This document shows positions 24,051 through 32,000 of a stretch of 32,000 nucleotides of DNA, in pieces; within the stretch, counting starts at the first letter, position 1; each line of letters begins with the position of its first letter. The notes below the pieces were generated by a model. That model was not told the origin of the DNA. It was given only the letters and a program-made list of their open reading frames with translations, and made no database searches. Source of the DNA: Candidatus Nitrospira inopinata. Its GTDB lineage: Bacteria; Nitrospirota; Nitrospiria; Nitrospirales; Nitrospiraceae. The stretch is taken from assembly GCF_001458695.1 (NCBI RefSeq), contig NZ_LN885086.1:2850001-2882000 (forward strand), in the 5' to 3' direction. A program made the position numbers and the translations under genes.

Positions 24051-27000
24051 GGGTTCAATGCTCCACGTGCTTCTTGCTCCATCTTCCTCATGTGTCCTCG
24101 CTTGTTCTCGCTCCACCACCGCCACATGACATAGACGGGCGGAATGACGAACAGCGTCAGGATCATGGCCGAGAACACCCCGCCGACCTGTGGCGCGGCG
24201 ATCCGCTTCATCACATCCGCTCCGGTTCCTGTGGCCCACATGACCGGGATCAACCCGATGACATCGACCAAGCCGATCATCGCCATGGGCCTGATGCGCT
24301 CGACTGCACCAAGCTGGACGGTGTCGATCAGATCTTGCAGCGTCGTGAGCCCACCCGCCGCCTTGCGCCGTGCGCAGGCTTCGTCCAGATAGGCCAACAT
24401 CACGGCGCTGGTCTCCGCTGCCGTGCCCACGACCGTGATCAGGCCTACCCACACGGCAATGCTCATGTTGTATCCGAGAATCGAGAGGTACCAGACGGCC
24501 CCGACTAATGAGAGCGGTACCCCCACCATCACCATGCAGGTCTTGGCCACCGACGCGAACGAGAAGTAGAAGGTGACGAAAATGATCACGAGCGTCAGCG
24601 GCACGACGAACTTCAGCCGTTCCTTCACCCGCTGCATGAATTCGTATTGGCCGGACCAGACGAGGGTATAACCAGCCGGCAGCTGAACCTTTGCCGCCAC
24701 GGTCTTCTTGAGATCCTCCACATAGCTCCCGACATCACGGCCCTTCATATCGAGGAACACGTAGCCGGCGAGCATGCCGTTTTCGTCACGGATCATGGGC
24801 GGCCCGTTGACGAAGCGTAGTGTCGCGAGTTGCGCGAGCGGCACTTGCGCGCCGGTCGGTGTATCCACGAGCACGCGCTTCAGCTTTTCAGGATCATCCC
24901 GCAACTCACGGAGATAACGGACGTTGATTGGATACCGCTCACGGCCCTCGATCGTGGTCGCGATGTTTTCGCCGCCAATGGCCGATTCGATGATCCTGCC
25001 GACGTCCATGAGTTTCAGCCCGTAGCGGGCGATCTCCTCGCGATTGATCTCGAAGTCGAGGAAATACCCGCCGGATACTCGTTCCGCATAGGCGCTTCTG
25101 GTGCCGGGAACATCCTTCAAGACCATCTCCAAATGTTTCCCGATCTCCTCGATCTGCTTCAGGTCTGGTCCGAAGATCTTGATCCCCACGGGGGTGCGGA
25201 CGCCGGTCGTGAGCATGTCGATCCGTGCTTTGATCGGCATGGTCCAGGCGTTCGTCACGCCGGGGAACTGAAGCGCGCGATCCATCTCGTCGATCAATCC
25301 TTCATAGCTGATGCCGGGTCGCCACTGGGCTTTCGGTTTCAATTCGACGACGACTTCGATCATGCTGAAGGGTGCAGGATCGGTGGAGGTTTCCGCTCGT
25401 CCGGCTTTGCCGAACACATGGTCCACTTCGGGAAAGGAGCGGAGCTTCTGGTCCATGATCTGCAACATGCGCCCGGCTTCCGTGATGGAAAGACCCGGCA
25501 AGGTCGTCGGCATGTAGAGAATCGTCCCTTCGTAGAGCGGCGGCATGAACTCCGACCCCATCTGTTGATAGAGCGGGACGACGCTGGCCATCAGCGCGAG
25601 GGCTCCGACCACGACCGCCTTTCTGTAGCGAAGAGCCAGACGCAGGAATGGCGCATAGAGCCGTTGGAGTGAGCGACTGACGGGATGTTTCTGTTCCGGA
25701 AAGATCTTGCCGCGAATGAACGTCGGCAGGCAGGCCGGGACCAAGGTGATCGCCAACACGGCACACATCGCGATGGCCAGATTATTGGTCCAGGCGAGCG
25801 GTTTGAACATCCGGCCTTCCTGTGCCTCAAGCACAAAGACCGGAATGAAGGAGATCGCAATCACGAGGACCGACGCAAAAATCGGTGGCCCCACTTCCTT
25901 GGCCGAATCGATGAGGACCTGGAGCCGTTCGCCGACTTTGCCATCCCGCTCCCATTCCTCCAACCGTTTGTGGGCGTTGTCCACCATGACGATCGCCGCA
26001 TCCACCATGTCGCCAATCGCCACGATGATGCCGCCGAGCGACATGATGTTGATGCCGATATTCATGAGATACATGGGAATGAAGGCGAGCAACACCGCAA
26101 TCGGCAGGGTGAGGATCGGCACGATCGCGGATCGGACGTGGAGCAGGAATGCAACAATCAACAGCCCGGTCACGAGCAACTCCTCCAGCAGACTTTCATT
26201 GGCCGTGGCGATGGATTCGTGGATCAGGTCGCTCCGGTCATAGACTGGCACGACCTTCACGCCCTTCGGTATGGAGGGCTCAAGTTCCTTGAGCTTGGCT
26301 TTCACCCGCTCGATGACCGTGAGGGCGTTCTCTCCGAAGCGCATGATCACGATGCCGCCCGCTACTTCCCCCTGGCCGTTCAATTCCACGAGGCCCCGCC
26401 GCATATCAGGCCCCAGCCGAACAGTCGCGACATCGCGCAAGAGAACCGGCGTCCCGTTCTCATTGACGCCAACGGCGATCTTTTCGATGTCTTCGGTCTT
26501 CTTCAGGTAGCCACGCCCTCGAATGACGTATTCGATGCCGGAAAATTCCACGACTCGCCCGCCGACATCGTTATTACTGTCACGAATCGTTTCAATGATG
26601 GAAGGGAGGGAGAGGCGATAGGCCGAAACCTTTGTCGGGTCTAAGTTGATTTGGTACTGGCGGACAAAGCCGCCGATGCTGGCCACTTCTGCGACGCCTT
26701 CCACGGCTCGCAGCCAGTACTGCAGATACCAATCTTGGAAGCTGCGCAGGGCAGCAAGATCATGCTGCCCGGTCTCATCGACCAGGGCATACTGAAAGAT
26801 CCAGCCCACGCCCGTTGCGTCTGGACCGAGCTGCGGGGTGACCCCTTCCGGCATGCGTCCAGAGAGTTGGCTCAACCGTTCAAGGACCCGCGACCGCGCC
26901 CAATAGATGTCCGTGCCGTCTTTGAAGAGAATATAGACATAGGAATAGCCGAAATCGGAGAAGCCACGGACGACCGTCACGTTGGGAGCCGACAGGAGCG

Positions 27001-27214
27001 CTGTGACGATGGGATAGGTAATTTGGTCTTCGACCAGATCTGGCGAACGGCCCTGCCAGGTCGTGTAGACGATGACTTGCGTATCGGAGATATCGGGCAG
27101 TGCGTCGATCGGTGTCTGCCACATGGCCCAGAGCCCCACGGCAGACAGCGAGAAGACTAACAGGAAGACGATGAAGCGGTGTCTTGCACTGTATTCGATA
27201 ATCCGTTCAACCAT
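24047..27214 (-). CDS. cusA: Heavy-metal efflux RND permease, CusA type (Cu(I)/Ag(I))
   Basis: 1055 aa, closely collinear with E. coli CusA as I recall it (PIDALPDISDTQVIVYT..., GPDATGVGWIFQYAL, AIGDMVDAAIVMVDNAHKRLEEW). The three Met-cluster contexts are present: ILYMPTTLPG, APFSMIEVV, ARIDMLTTG. Confidence 0.95.
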   Translation of the reverse strand: MVERIIEYSARHRFIVFLLVFSLSAVGLWAMWQTPIDALPDISDTQVIVYTTWQGRSPDLVEDQITYPIVTALLSAPNVTVVRGFSDFGYSYVYILFKDGTDIYWARSRVLERLSQLSGRMPEGVTPQLGPDATGVGWIFQYALVDETGQHDLAALRSFQDWYLQYWLRAVEGVAEVASIGGFVRQYQINLDPTKVSAYRLSLPSIIETIRDSNNDVGGRVVEFSGIEYVIRGRGYLKKTEDIEKIAVGVNENGTPVLLRDVATVRLGPDMRRGLVELNGQGEVAGGIVIMRFGENALTVIERVKAKLKELEPSIPKGVKVVPVYDRSDLIHESIATANESLLEELLVTGLLIVAFLLHVRSAIVPILTLPIAVLLAFIPMYLMNIGINIMSLGGIIVAIGDMVDAAIVMVDNAHKRLEEWERDGKVGERLQVLIDSAKEVGPPIFASVLVIAISFIPVFVLEAQEGRMFKPLAWTNNLAIAMCAVLAITLVPACLPTFIRGKIFPEQKHPVSRSLQRLYAPFLRLALRYRKAVVVGALALMASVVPLYQQMGSEFMPPLYEGTILYMPTTLPGLSITEAGRMLQIMDQKLRSFPEVDHVFGKAGRAETSTDPAPFSMIEVVVELKPKAQWRPGISYEGLIDEMDRALQFPGVTNAWTMPIKARIDMLTTGVRTPVGIKIFGPDLKQIEEIGKHLEMVLKDVPGTRSAYAERVSGGYFLDFEINREEIARYGLKLMDVGRIIESAIGGENIATTIEGRERYPINVRYLRELRDDPEKLKRVLVDTPTGAQVPLAQLATLRFVNGPPMIRDENGMLAGYVFLDMKGRDVGSYVEDLKKTVAAKVQLPAGYTLVWSGQYEFMQRVKERLKFVVPLTLVIIFVTFYFSFASVAKTCMVMVGVPLSLVGAVWYLSILGYNMSIAVWVGLITVVGTAAETSAVMLAYLDEACARRKAAGGLTTLQDLIDTVQLGAVERIRPMAMIGLVDVIGLIPVMWATGTGADVMKRIAAPQVGGVFSAMILTLFVIPPVYVMWRWWSENKRGHMRKMEQEARGALNP

Positions 27215-27220
27215 GATCGG

Positions 27221-28474
27221 TCACTCACTCATCTTCATGCCGGACATCCCACCCATACTCTCGACGACCGACTTCAGCCGGCTTTCGCTGTCGATTAAGA
27301 AGTTGGCCGAGGTGACGATATGCTCGCCTTCTTTCAGACCCGTCAGAACTTCAGACCACTCGCCGGTCTTGACGCCGGTTTTGATCAGGCGCGGCTCGAG
27401 CTTCCCGCCGCCCAGATGGAGAAAGACGACCTGCTTTTGTCCCGATTCGATGATGGCTTCTTGCGGGATCGCCAGACGAGTGCCCAAATTCACCTGCAAT
27501 TCCACGTTGGCATACATGTCCGGTTTCAGTTTCTCGTCGGCATTGTCGAGCTCAAACCGCACCTTGGCCGTGCGGGTCTTCGGGTCCATCGTCGGATAGA
27601 TGAAACCCACCTGTCCGGTCAGGACCGTGCTCGGATCATAGGAGAGGGTGACGGCGGCTTTTTGCCCGGCCTTCACGAACGAAAGTTCATATTCATAGAT
27701 GTCCGCCAGAATCCAGACACGCGAGAGGTTCACGATCGTGTAGAGTTCCTGACCAGGATCCACATGGGCGCCTGTGAGAACTTCTTTCTTGATGACAGTG
27801 CCGGTGATGGGCGAATGGATTGGGAGCGTCTTCATCACCTTGCCGGTCTTTTCGAGTTTCCGGATGTGAGAATCCGTGATATCCCAAAGTTCAAAACGAC
27901 GCCTGGTCGCTTCCAGCAGATCCTGTGAGCCCCGAGCCACTTCCGGGAATTCGCTCTCACCCATTTGCCTGCGGCCTTGTAACGCCAGAAGATATTCCTC
28001 CTGACTGGCCACCAAATCGGGACTGTAGATTGTGAAGAGCGCCTGGCCTTTCTTCACATGATCCCCCAGTGCGCTGACGAACAGCTCCTCAATCCACCCG
28101 TGAAATTTGATGGTGACTTTCGCGACCCTCCGTTCATCGACGGCCACACGACCGACAGTCCGGATCAGTTTCTCCAGCGGTCGCCGTGTCACCTGGCCGT
28201 ATTTCACCCCGATCGTTTGCAGCCGTTCCGGAGGGATGGTCACGATGCCGGGAACGCTTTCCGGCTCACGGGCAGACTCGGTTCCGACGGACTGTGTCGC
28301 CGGAGCCGATTTCTTCTTTTCCTTCTGTTTCATCCCCGGCATCTCCATGCCGGCCATTTCACCCTGCCCGGACTCCGCCTGCGGAAGGATCGCTTGGTGC
28401 GACAGCAGCCAGGTAAAGCCGCCTGCCATGAAAACGATGAGCACGCTGGCCTTGATGAAACTGCGGCGGCTCAT
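27221..28474 (-). CDS. cusB: RND efflux periplasmic adaptor (membrane fusion protein), CusB-like, Met-rich termini
   Basis: 417 aa with a signal/TM segment, then GEMAGMEMPGMKQ. It has HlyD-type adaptor architecture and the C-terminus MGGMSGMKMSE. Its ATG overlaps the cusC TGA (ATGA at 28474-28471). Confidence 0.85.
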   Translation of the reverse strand: MSRRSFIKASVLIVFMAGGFTWLLSHQAILPQAESGQGEMAGMEMPGMKQKEKKKSAPATQSVGTESAREPESVPGIVTIPPERLQTIGVKYGQVTRRPLEKLIRTVGRVAVDERRVAKVTIKFHGWIEELFVSALGDHVKKGQALFTIYSPDLVASQEEYLLALQGRRQMGESEFPEVARGSQDLLEATRRRFELWDITDSHIRKLEKTGKVMKTLPIHSPITGTVIKKEVLTGAHVDPGQELYTIVNLSRVWILADIYEYELSFVKAGQKAAVTLSYDPSTVLTGQVGFIYPTMDPKTRTAKVRFELDNADEKLKPDMYANVELQVNLGTRLAIPQEAIIESGQKQVVFLHLGGGKLEPRLIKTGVKTGEWSEVLTGLKEGEHIVTSANFLIDSESRLKSVVESMGGMSGMKMSE

Positions 28475-29775
28475 GATCCCGGTTTCCTTTCTGACCCATC
28501 CAACGGCCCACCGGTGACGGCCTCGAGGCGGGCCAGCGCTTTCTCGTGATTGACGATCTCGCTGTGCAGTTCGAGTTGGCTGTCCTGCAGTGTTAGCAGA
28601 CTGTTGAGCAGCGTCAGAAAATCTACTTTGCCCACGGCATAGCCCGCCTGCGCCGCCTGCAGGCCCAGCGTCGCTTGGGGAATAATGGCGTCGCGCAGAA
28701 TCGTGATCAGCCGTTCGGCTCGCTGCGCTTGGACGAAGCCGTCCTTGACTTGAAACAAAAGATCCTGTCTGGCGGCGGCAAAGTCTTCCCGAGCACCTTC
28801 AAGCCCTGCCAATGCTTCTCGCACGCCTTGTTTCTGTTTCGTTTCATAGAACAGCGGAATCTTGATGCCCACCATGATCTGATACCCGTTGTCATTGATC
28901 TTGTCGTTACGGATCCCCAGGGCCGTCACATCGAAATCGGGGTAGTACTGCCGTTTGGCGAGCGAGACGGATCGTTCCGAGCGATCGATGCCTTTTGCCG
29001 TTGCGAGCAGCGCGGGCGAGAATTCGTTCGCCCGCCGGTTGAGTTCTTGGAGCGGGAGCGTCAGGAGAGTGCTGTGCACTTCTTCCGGGGTGCCCAACGG
29101 GCCATCCGGTGGGCGATTCAGGAGCCGATTGATGGCGGCGTGAAGGCTCTCCTTCTGCTGGTCGAGGACGGCCAGCCGATCGAGGACACGTGAAATCTCC
29201 ACTTGGGCCCGGAACACATCCTGTTGGGCGGCTTGACCCACGCTGTACCGGGCTTTGGCTGTCTTCTCGAACTGTGTCAGCAGCGTCTTGTTCCTCTCCA
29301 CGATGTCGATGCTCTTATGGACGAAGTGGAGGTCGTAATAGACCTGCTTGAGCGCGGCAAGGAGCCTCAATCTGGTGGCGTTGTATTCTTGCTCCAACCG
29401 TTCGGCATCGCTTTGCGCCACTTCACCCTTCAGCTTGAGTTTGCCCGGAAACGGGATCTCTTGGCCGATTCCGTACATCACTCCCTCCACGACGGGAGGC
29501 ACCATCGGCATGCGTTGATACCCCAACTGGAGGCGGGGATCTGGCAAGGTCTGCACTTGAGGCACGACTGCCTGAGCAGATTCCCATCGGTGGCGGGTTG
29601 CCTTGATCTCGGGATTGGCGACATCGAGTTCTCGAATGAGACCGGAAAGATCCAATCGGCGTTCAGTCGCTTCATCGGCCGCACCAGCCGGCCAGGGCAG
29701 AAGCAGGAGTGTCAGCGCAATCAGCCACGCAGCTCGTACTCGCGAGAACGAAAGAGGGATATGAGTTTGTCTCAT
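28471..29775 (-). CDS. cusC: TolC-family outer membrane efflux protein, CusC-like
   Basis: The preferred start ATG 29775 follows GGAGGTG (MRQTHIPLSFSRVRAAWLIALTLLLLPWPAGA signal). Two OEP-type repeats are present. The track ORF extends to 29829. Confidence 0.85.
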   Translation of the reverse strand: MRQTHIPLSFSRVRAAWLIALTLLLLPWPAGAADEATERRLDLSGLIRELDVANPEIKATRHRWESAQAVVPQVQTLPDPRLQLGYQRMPMVPPVVEGVMYGIGQEIPFPGKLKLKGEVAQSDAERLEQEYNATRLRLLAALKQVYYDLHFVHKSIDIVERNKTLLTQFEKTAKARYSVGQAAQQDVFRAQVEISRVLDRLAVLDQQKESLHAAINRLLNRPPDGPLGTPEEVHSTLLTLPLQELNRRANEFSPALLATAKGIDRSERSVSLAKRQYYPDFDVTALGIRNDKINDNGYQIMVGIKIPLFYETKQKQGVREALAGLEGAREDFAAARQDLLFQVKDGFVQAQRAERLITILRDAIIPQATLGLQAAQAGYAVGKVDFLTLLNSLLTLQDSQLELHSEIVNHEKALARLEAVTGGPLDGSERKPGS

Positions 29776-29859
29776 GGCACACCTCCGCGCAGTAAAAGAC
29801 ATCACCGCCCGCTCAGCGTCAGCAGCCAAGCAGGGGACGACGATACTGGAGGTGTGGGA

Positions 29860-30228
29860 TCAGATTCGAAGAACCGAGGAAGAACTTATGGAGATGGGAA
29901 CAAGGGAATAGGCGCTACTCCAAGACTCAATCATCACAAGAAAGACACCGGCGGGAGCTTCGGCACGACTGACGAGAGACGGAACAGGATCAACTACCAC
30001 GACCATGCTGTTTTTTATCTGACGCTCAGGCGACGCGGTGAGCGACGGCGGGCACATGATGGTCCCGTCCATCGGACAGGCCATACTCCCTTCCACCAGG
30101 ATCGCCGTTTCTTCTGCTTCAGACAGATCGGGCAAGGCGCACATTGATCCAATCACCTGACAGAAGGTGAAAACAATGGCAATCGCAACGAATCGGAAAG
30201 CTGGCGGTGAACTCATTGACAATGACAT
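29860..30228 (-). CDS. Cys/Met-rich small protein, unknown family (paralog of 10367..10744), heads the cusCBA operon
   Basis: ...FRFVAIAIVFTFCQVIGSMCALPDLSEAEE...SMACPMDGTIMCPPSLTASPERQIK...ESWSSAYSLVPISISSSSVLRI. The start is ambiguous among ATG 30228, ATG 30216 and the track's TTG 30264. Confidence 0.7.
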   Translation of the reverse strand: MSLSMSSPPAFRFVAIAIVFTFCQVIGSMCALPDLSEAEETAILVEGSMACPMDGTIMCPPSLTASPERQIKNSMVVVVDPVPSLVSRAEAPAGVFLVMIESWSSAYSLVPISISSSSVLRI

Positions 30229-30302
30229 AACGTTAGTATGTAACACCTCTGGCCAACAGGTCAAGTAGGCAACTCAGCACAGGTTCCTTCATCTGCCTGT
30301 GC
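30229..30302 (-). promoter_or_regulatory. Candidate promoter and upstream inverted repeat for the Cys/Met-protein-cusCBA operon
   Basis: On the minus strand: TTGACC (30264-30259), 18-nt spacer, CATACT (30240-30235), 6 nt, then ATG 30228, which would give a leaderless transcript. Upstream lies the inverted repeat GCACAGG-N12-CCTGTGC (30277-30302). Confidence 0.3.
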
Positions 30303-30563
30303 TAAATACGACGACAATGGCGGCCTCAATACACGCCTATAATTTCCTTAACTTAAACCTTATGCCCACGGCTCAGTCACTTTGTTCCTCTATGCTAAGT
30401 TCACGGCGGTTTTATAACTACCTCTTTACTCATCACTTATTTCCTCAACCTGACCAGACAGCTCAGTATCGCCACAGAGCGGAACTTGCCGACTCGCGAT
30501 CGGTGACATGCTTATCTCTCTTTTGTTTTTTTGCGGGCCGGCTCTGGCCGCCTTGAGATGAGG

Positions 30564-32000
30564 TTAAGACACGGCTCCTCTCCAACCGACTCGTAACCCG
30601 TTCGCTACTGCCAAGAGCTCGCTCAGCTCATGGATGAGAACCACCAGGGCGACGCTGAGGAAACCGCTAACTGCCAGCGGAATAAGCATCGCAAGAAGCA
30701 GGAGAGAAAAGGTGATATTCTCCCAACTTATTCGCCTCGCTGTCTGTCCCAACCGCAGCACCTCAGGCACCTTCGCGAGGTCATCGGCCATTAGTGCCAC
30801 ATCTGCCGCCTCGATTGCCGCATCGCTTCCCGCTGCCCCCATGGCCACGCCGCAGGTTGCAGCCGCCAGAGCCGGCGCATCGTTGATCCCGTCGCCGACC
30901 ATCAGAACCGGCCCATAGCAACGTTCCAACTCCTTGACCGCTTCAACCTTGTCCTCCGGCTTGAGGTCCGCCAGGCTGTCATCAAGGCCGAGGCTCTCCG
31001 CGACAGTTCGGGCCGTGCTCGCGTTATCTCCGGTTAGCATGACAGTCCGGATCCCCAAGCGGCGGAGATCGTCGATGACATCCCTCGCCCCGTCGCGGAC
31101 ACGATCCTGTAAGATGAGCAGGCCGTACAGGTTGTGATTTGCCCCAACGAGAACGACCGTTTTTCCTTGGGCTTGCTGTGTCTGCACCTTCTCTCGAACG
31201 GCGTCCAAGGGGATCCCAAGCTCCTCGAACAGCGCCGGACTGCCGACATACCACCTCATGCCATCAGAAGACACCGCGGTAGCTCCCACGCCGGTCAGGG
31301 CCTCAAACTCCTGCATGGACCTCAGAGCAAGCCCTTCAGCCCGTGCCTTCTCAAGGACGGCCCGCGCCAGCGGATGTTCGGAACCATGCTCGATGCCGGC
31401 CGCGACCGCGAGCAATTCGCCTGGTGAGCCGTTGAGAGTGATGAGGTCCGTGACAACCGGCTTGCCGGCAGTGAGGGTGCCCGTTTTATCGAAGGCTGCC
31501 ACGCGGATACTCCCGAGATGCTCCAGATGCACGCCGCCCTTGATGAGAATGCCATGCTTGCCTGCCCAGCCAATCGCGGCGGCGGTCGCCACGGGCGTCG
31601 ACATCACCAGCGCGCATGGCGCAGCCGCGACTAAGAGCACCACCGCGCGCTCAGCCCAATCCTCCAGTGGCAAACCGAAAAGCCAGGGCACAAGGAGAAA
31701 CCCGACCGACACCAGCAACACAGCGGGGCTGTAGCGGCGACCGAAGCGCTCGATCCACTGCTGAGCTTGCCCCTTGCGCTCCTGCGCCGCTTCCACCAGA
31801 TGAATAATCTTGGCCAGGGTGTTGTCTTGAAACGACGCGGTCGCCTCGATCTCCAGGAGGCCTTGTCGGTTGAGCGTTCCGGCAAAGACTTTCATGCCGG
31901 GGACCTTATCGACCGGAATGGATTCACCGGTGACTGCCGCTTCGTCCAGGCTGGAATTTCCGATCCGAATCACTCCGTCGGTCGGAATGGTCTCGCCTGG
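30564..32000 (-). CDS. P1B-type heavy-metal-translocating ATPase, 5' end beyond the right window edge
   Basis: The frame is open to the window end (…PGETIPTDGVIRIGNSSLDEAAVTGESIPV). Motifs present: TGES, AAPCALVMSTP (an APC variant of CPx), DKTGTLT, GDGINDAPALA, and HELSELLAVANGLR in the last TM. Confidence 0.9.
   Translation of the reverse strand, partial: PGETIPTDGVIRIGNSSLDEAAVTGESIPVDKVPGMKVFAGTLNRQGLLEIEATASFQDNTLAKIIHLVEAAQERKGQAQQWIERFGRRYSPAVLLVSVGFLLVPWLFGLPLEDWAERAVVLLVAAAPCALVMSTPVATAAAIGWAGKHGILIKGGVHLEHLGSIRVAAFDKTGTLTAGKPVVTDLITLNGSPGELLAVAAGIEHGSEHPLARAVLEKARAEGLALRSMQEFEALTGVGATAVSSDGMRWYVGSPALFEELGIPLDAVREKVQTQQAQGKTVVLVGANHNLYGLLILQDRVRDGARDVIDDLRRLGIRTVMLTGDNASTARTVAESLGLDDSLADLKPEDKVEAVKELERCYGPVLMVGDGINDAPALAAATCGVAMGAAGSDAAIEAADVALMADDLAKVPEVLRLGQTARRISWENITFSLLLLAMLIPLAVSGFLSVALVVLIHELSELLAVANGLRVGWRGAVS

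Noticed and set aside
23445-24452. N-terminal extensions of track ORFs: sigma factor to 24452, phosphorylase to 19847, imuB to 1945, small TM protein to 10329, ICMT to 17723, oxidase to 9949, cusC to 29829.
   Set aside because: The extensions overlap the preceding gene or have shadow-frame composition. Internal starts have good SD sequences or ATGA/TGATG coupling, and in one case a paralog that starts at the internal ATG.
30239-30246. TGTTACAT 8-mer (minus strand) in the cus-operon promoter, identical to the right half-site of the repressor operator at 1551-1558.
   Set aside because: It is only a half-site with no inverted partner. An 8-mer is expected about once by chance in 64 kb of two-strand sequence. 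This is insufficient to claim SOS or repressor control of the cus operon.
30520-30550. T-run plus GC-rich segment (TTTTGTTTTTTTGCGGGCCGGCTCTGGCCGCC) just downstream of the P1B ATPase stop, considered as an intrinsic terminator.
   Set aside because: On the minus (coding) strand the weak 4-bp GGCC/GGCC stem is followed by an A-run, not a U-run. On the plus strand the T-run precedes the stem. The geometry does not fit a rho-independent terminator for the ATPase gene.
30299-30556. 85-aa plus-strand ORF, and a 27-aa minus-strand ORF, in the cus upstream spacer.
   Set aside because: Neither has an SD or recognisable motifs. Their composition is atypical, the region is AT-richer, and it is better explained as regulatory DNA.
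1-32000. CRISPR arrays, rRNA/tRNA genes, long tandem repeats, and recognisable defence, toxin-antitoxin or phage structural genes.
   Set aside because: I found no regularly spaced direct repeats and no rRNA- or tRNA-like segments. No ORFs carry motifs of those systems. The only repeats seen are the short ones reported above.

Overview
GC-rich bacterial DNA, taxon not determinable by eye. No rRNA, tRNA or CRISPR array was found. All family names below come from motif recognition in the translations, not from searches.

Left 7.3 kb: a mobile-element-style module. An excisionase and a tyrosine integrase (minus strand, integrase runs off the left edge) sit divergent from a plus-strand operon. That operon encodes an XRE-HTH/S24-peptidase (CI/LexA-like) repressor, a catalytically dead Y-family polymerase (ImuB-like), the error-prone polymerase DnaE2 and a DUF72 protein. 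There is no imuA. A perfect palindromic operator overlaps the -10 element and the start codon.

Positions 7751-32000: every credible gene (26 CDS plus one truncated transposase ORF) is on the minus strand, forming a metal-homeostasis island. In transcription order it contains:
- a P1B-type ATPase (partial);
- a small Cys/Met-rich protein, then cusCBA, then a CorE-like ECF sigma factor with a Cys-rich tail, translationally coupled to cusA;
- a ~0.5 kb IS remnant;
- four small proteins of unknown function;
- a SAM methyltransferase, a 4-TM protein, a YHS::alpha-glucan phosphorylase fusion, DUF2933, an ICMT/CzcN-like methyltransferase and a GH57 enzyme;
- a 58-aa YHS protein (missing from the ORF track), an unknown protein and a P2-type ATPase;
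- an HTH protein, a second Cys/Met-rich protein, a small 2-TM protein and a multicopper oxidase.

Best candidates for something undescribed:
1. Two paralog families of small proteins that I cannot assign to any family. One is the Cys/Met-rich 'MACPMDGxxMCPPS ... VPISIxSSSVLRI' protein, which heads both copper operons. The other is the 'MMGMRWxNW ... IHEPIW ... IRGGPD' 2-TM protein. A tandem pair of exported DH...HCR proteins accompanies them.
2. The integrase-linked, imuA-less repressor-imuB-dnaE2 cassette.
3. YHS (TRASH) metal-binding domains attached to glycogen catabolism and to a Ca-type P2 ATPase.
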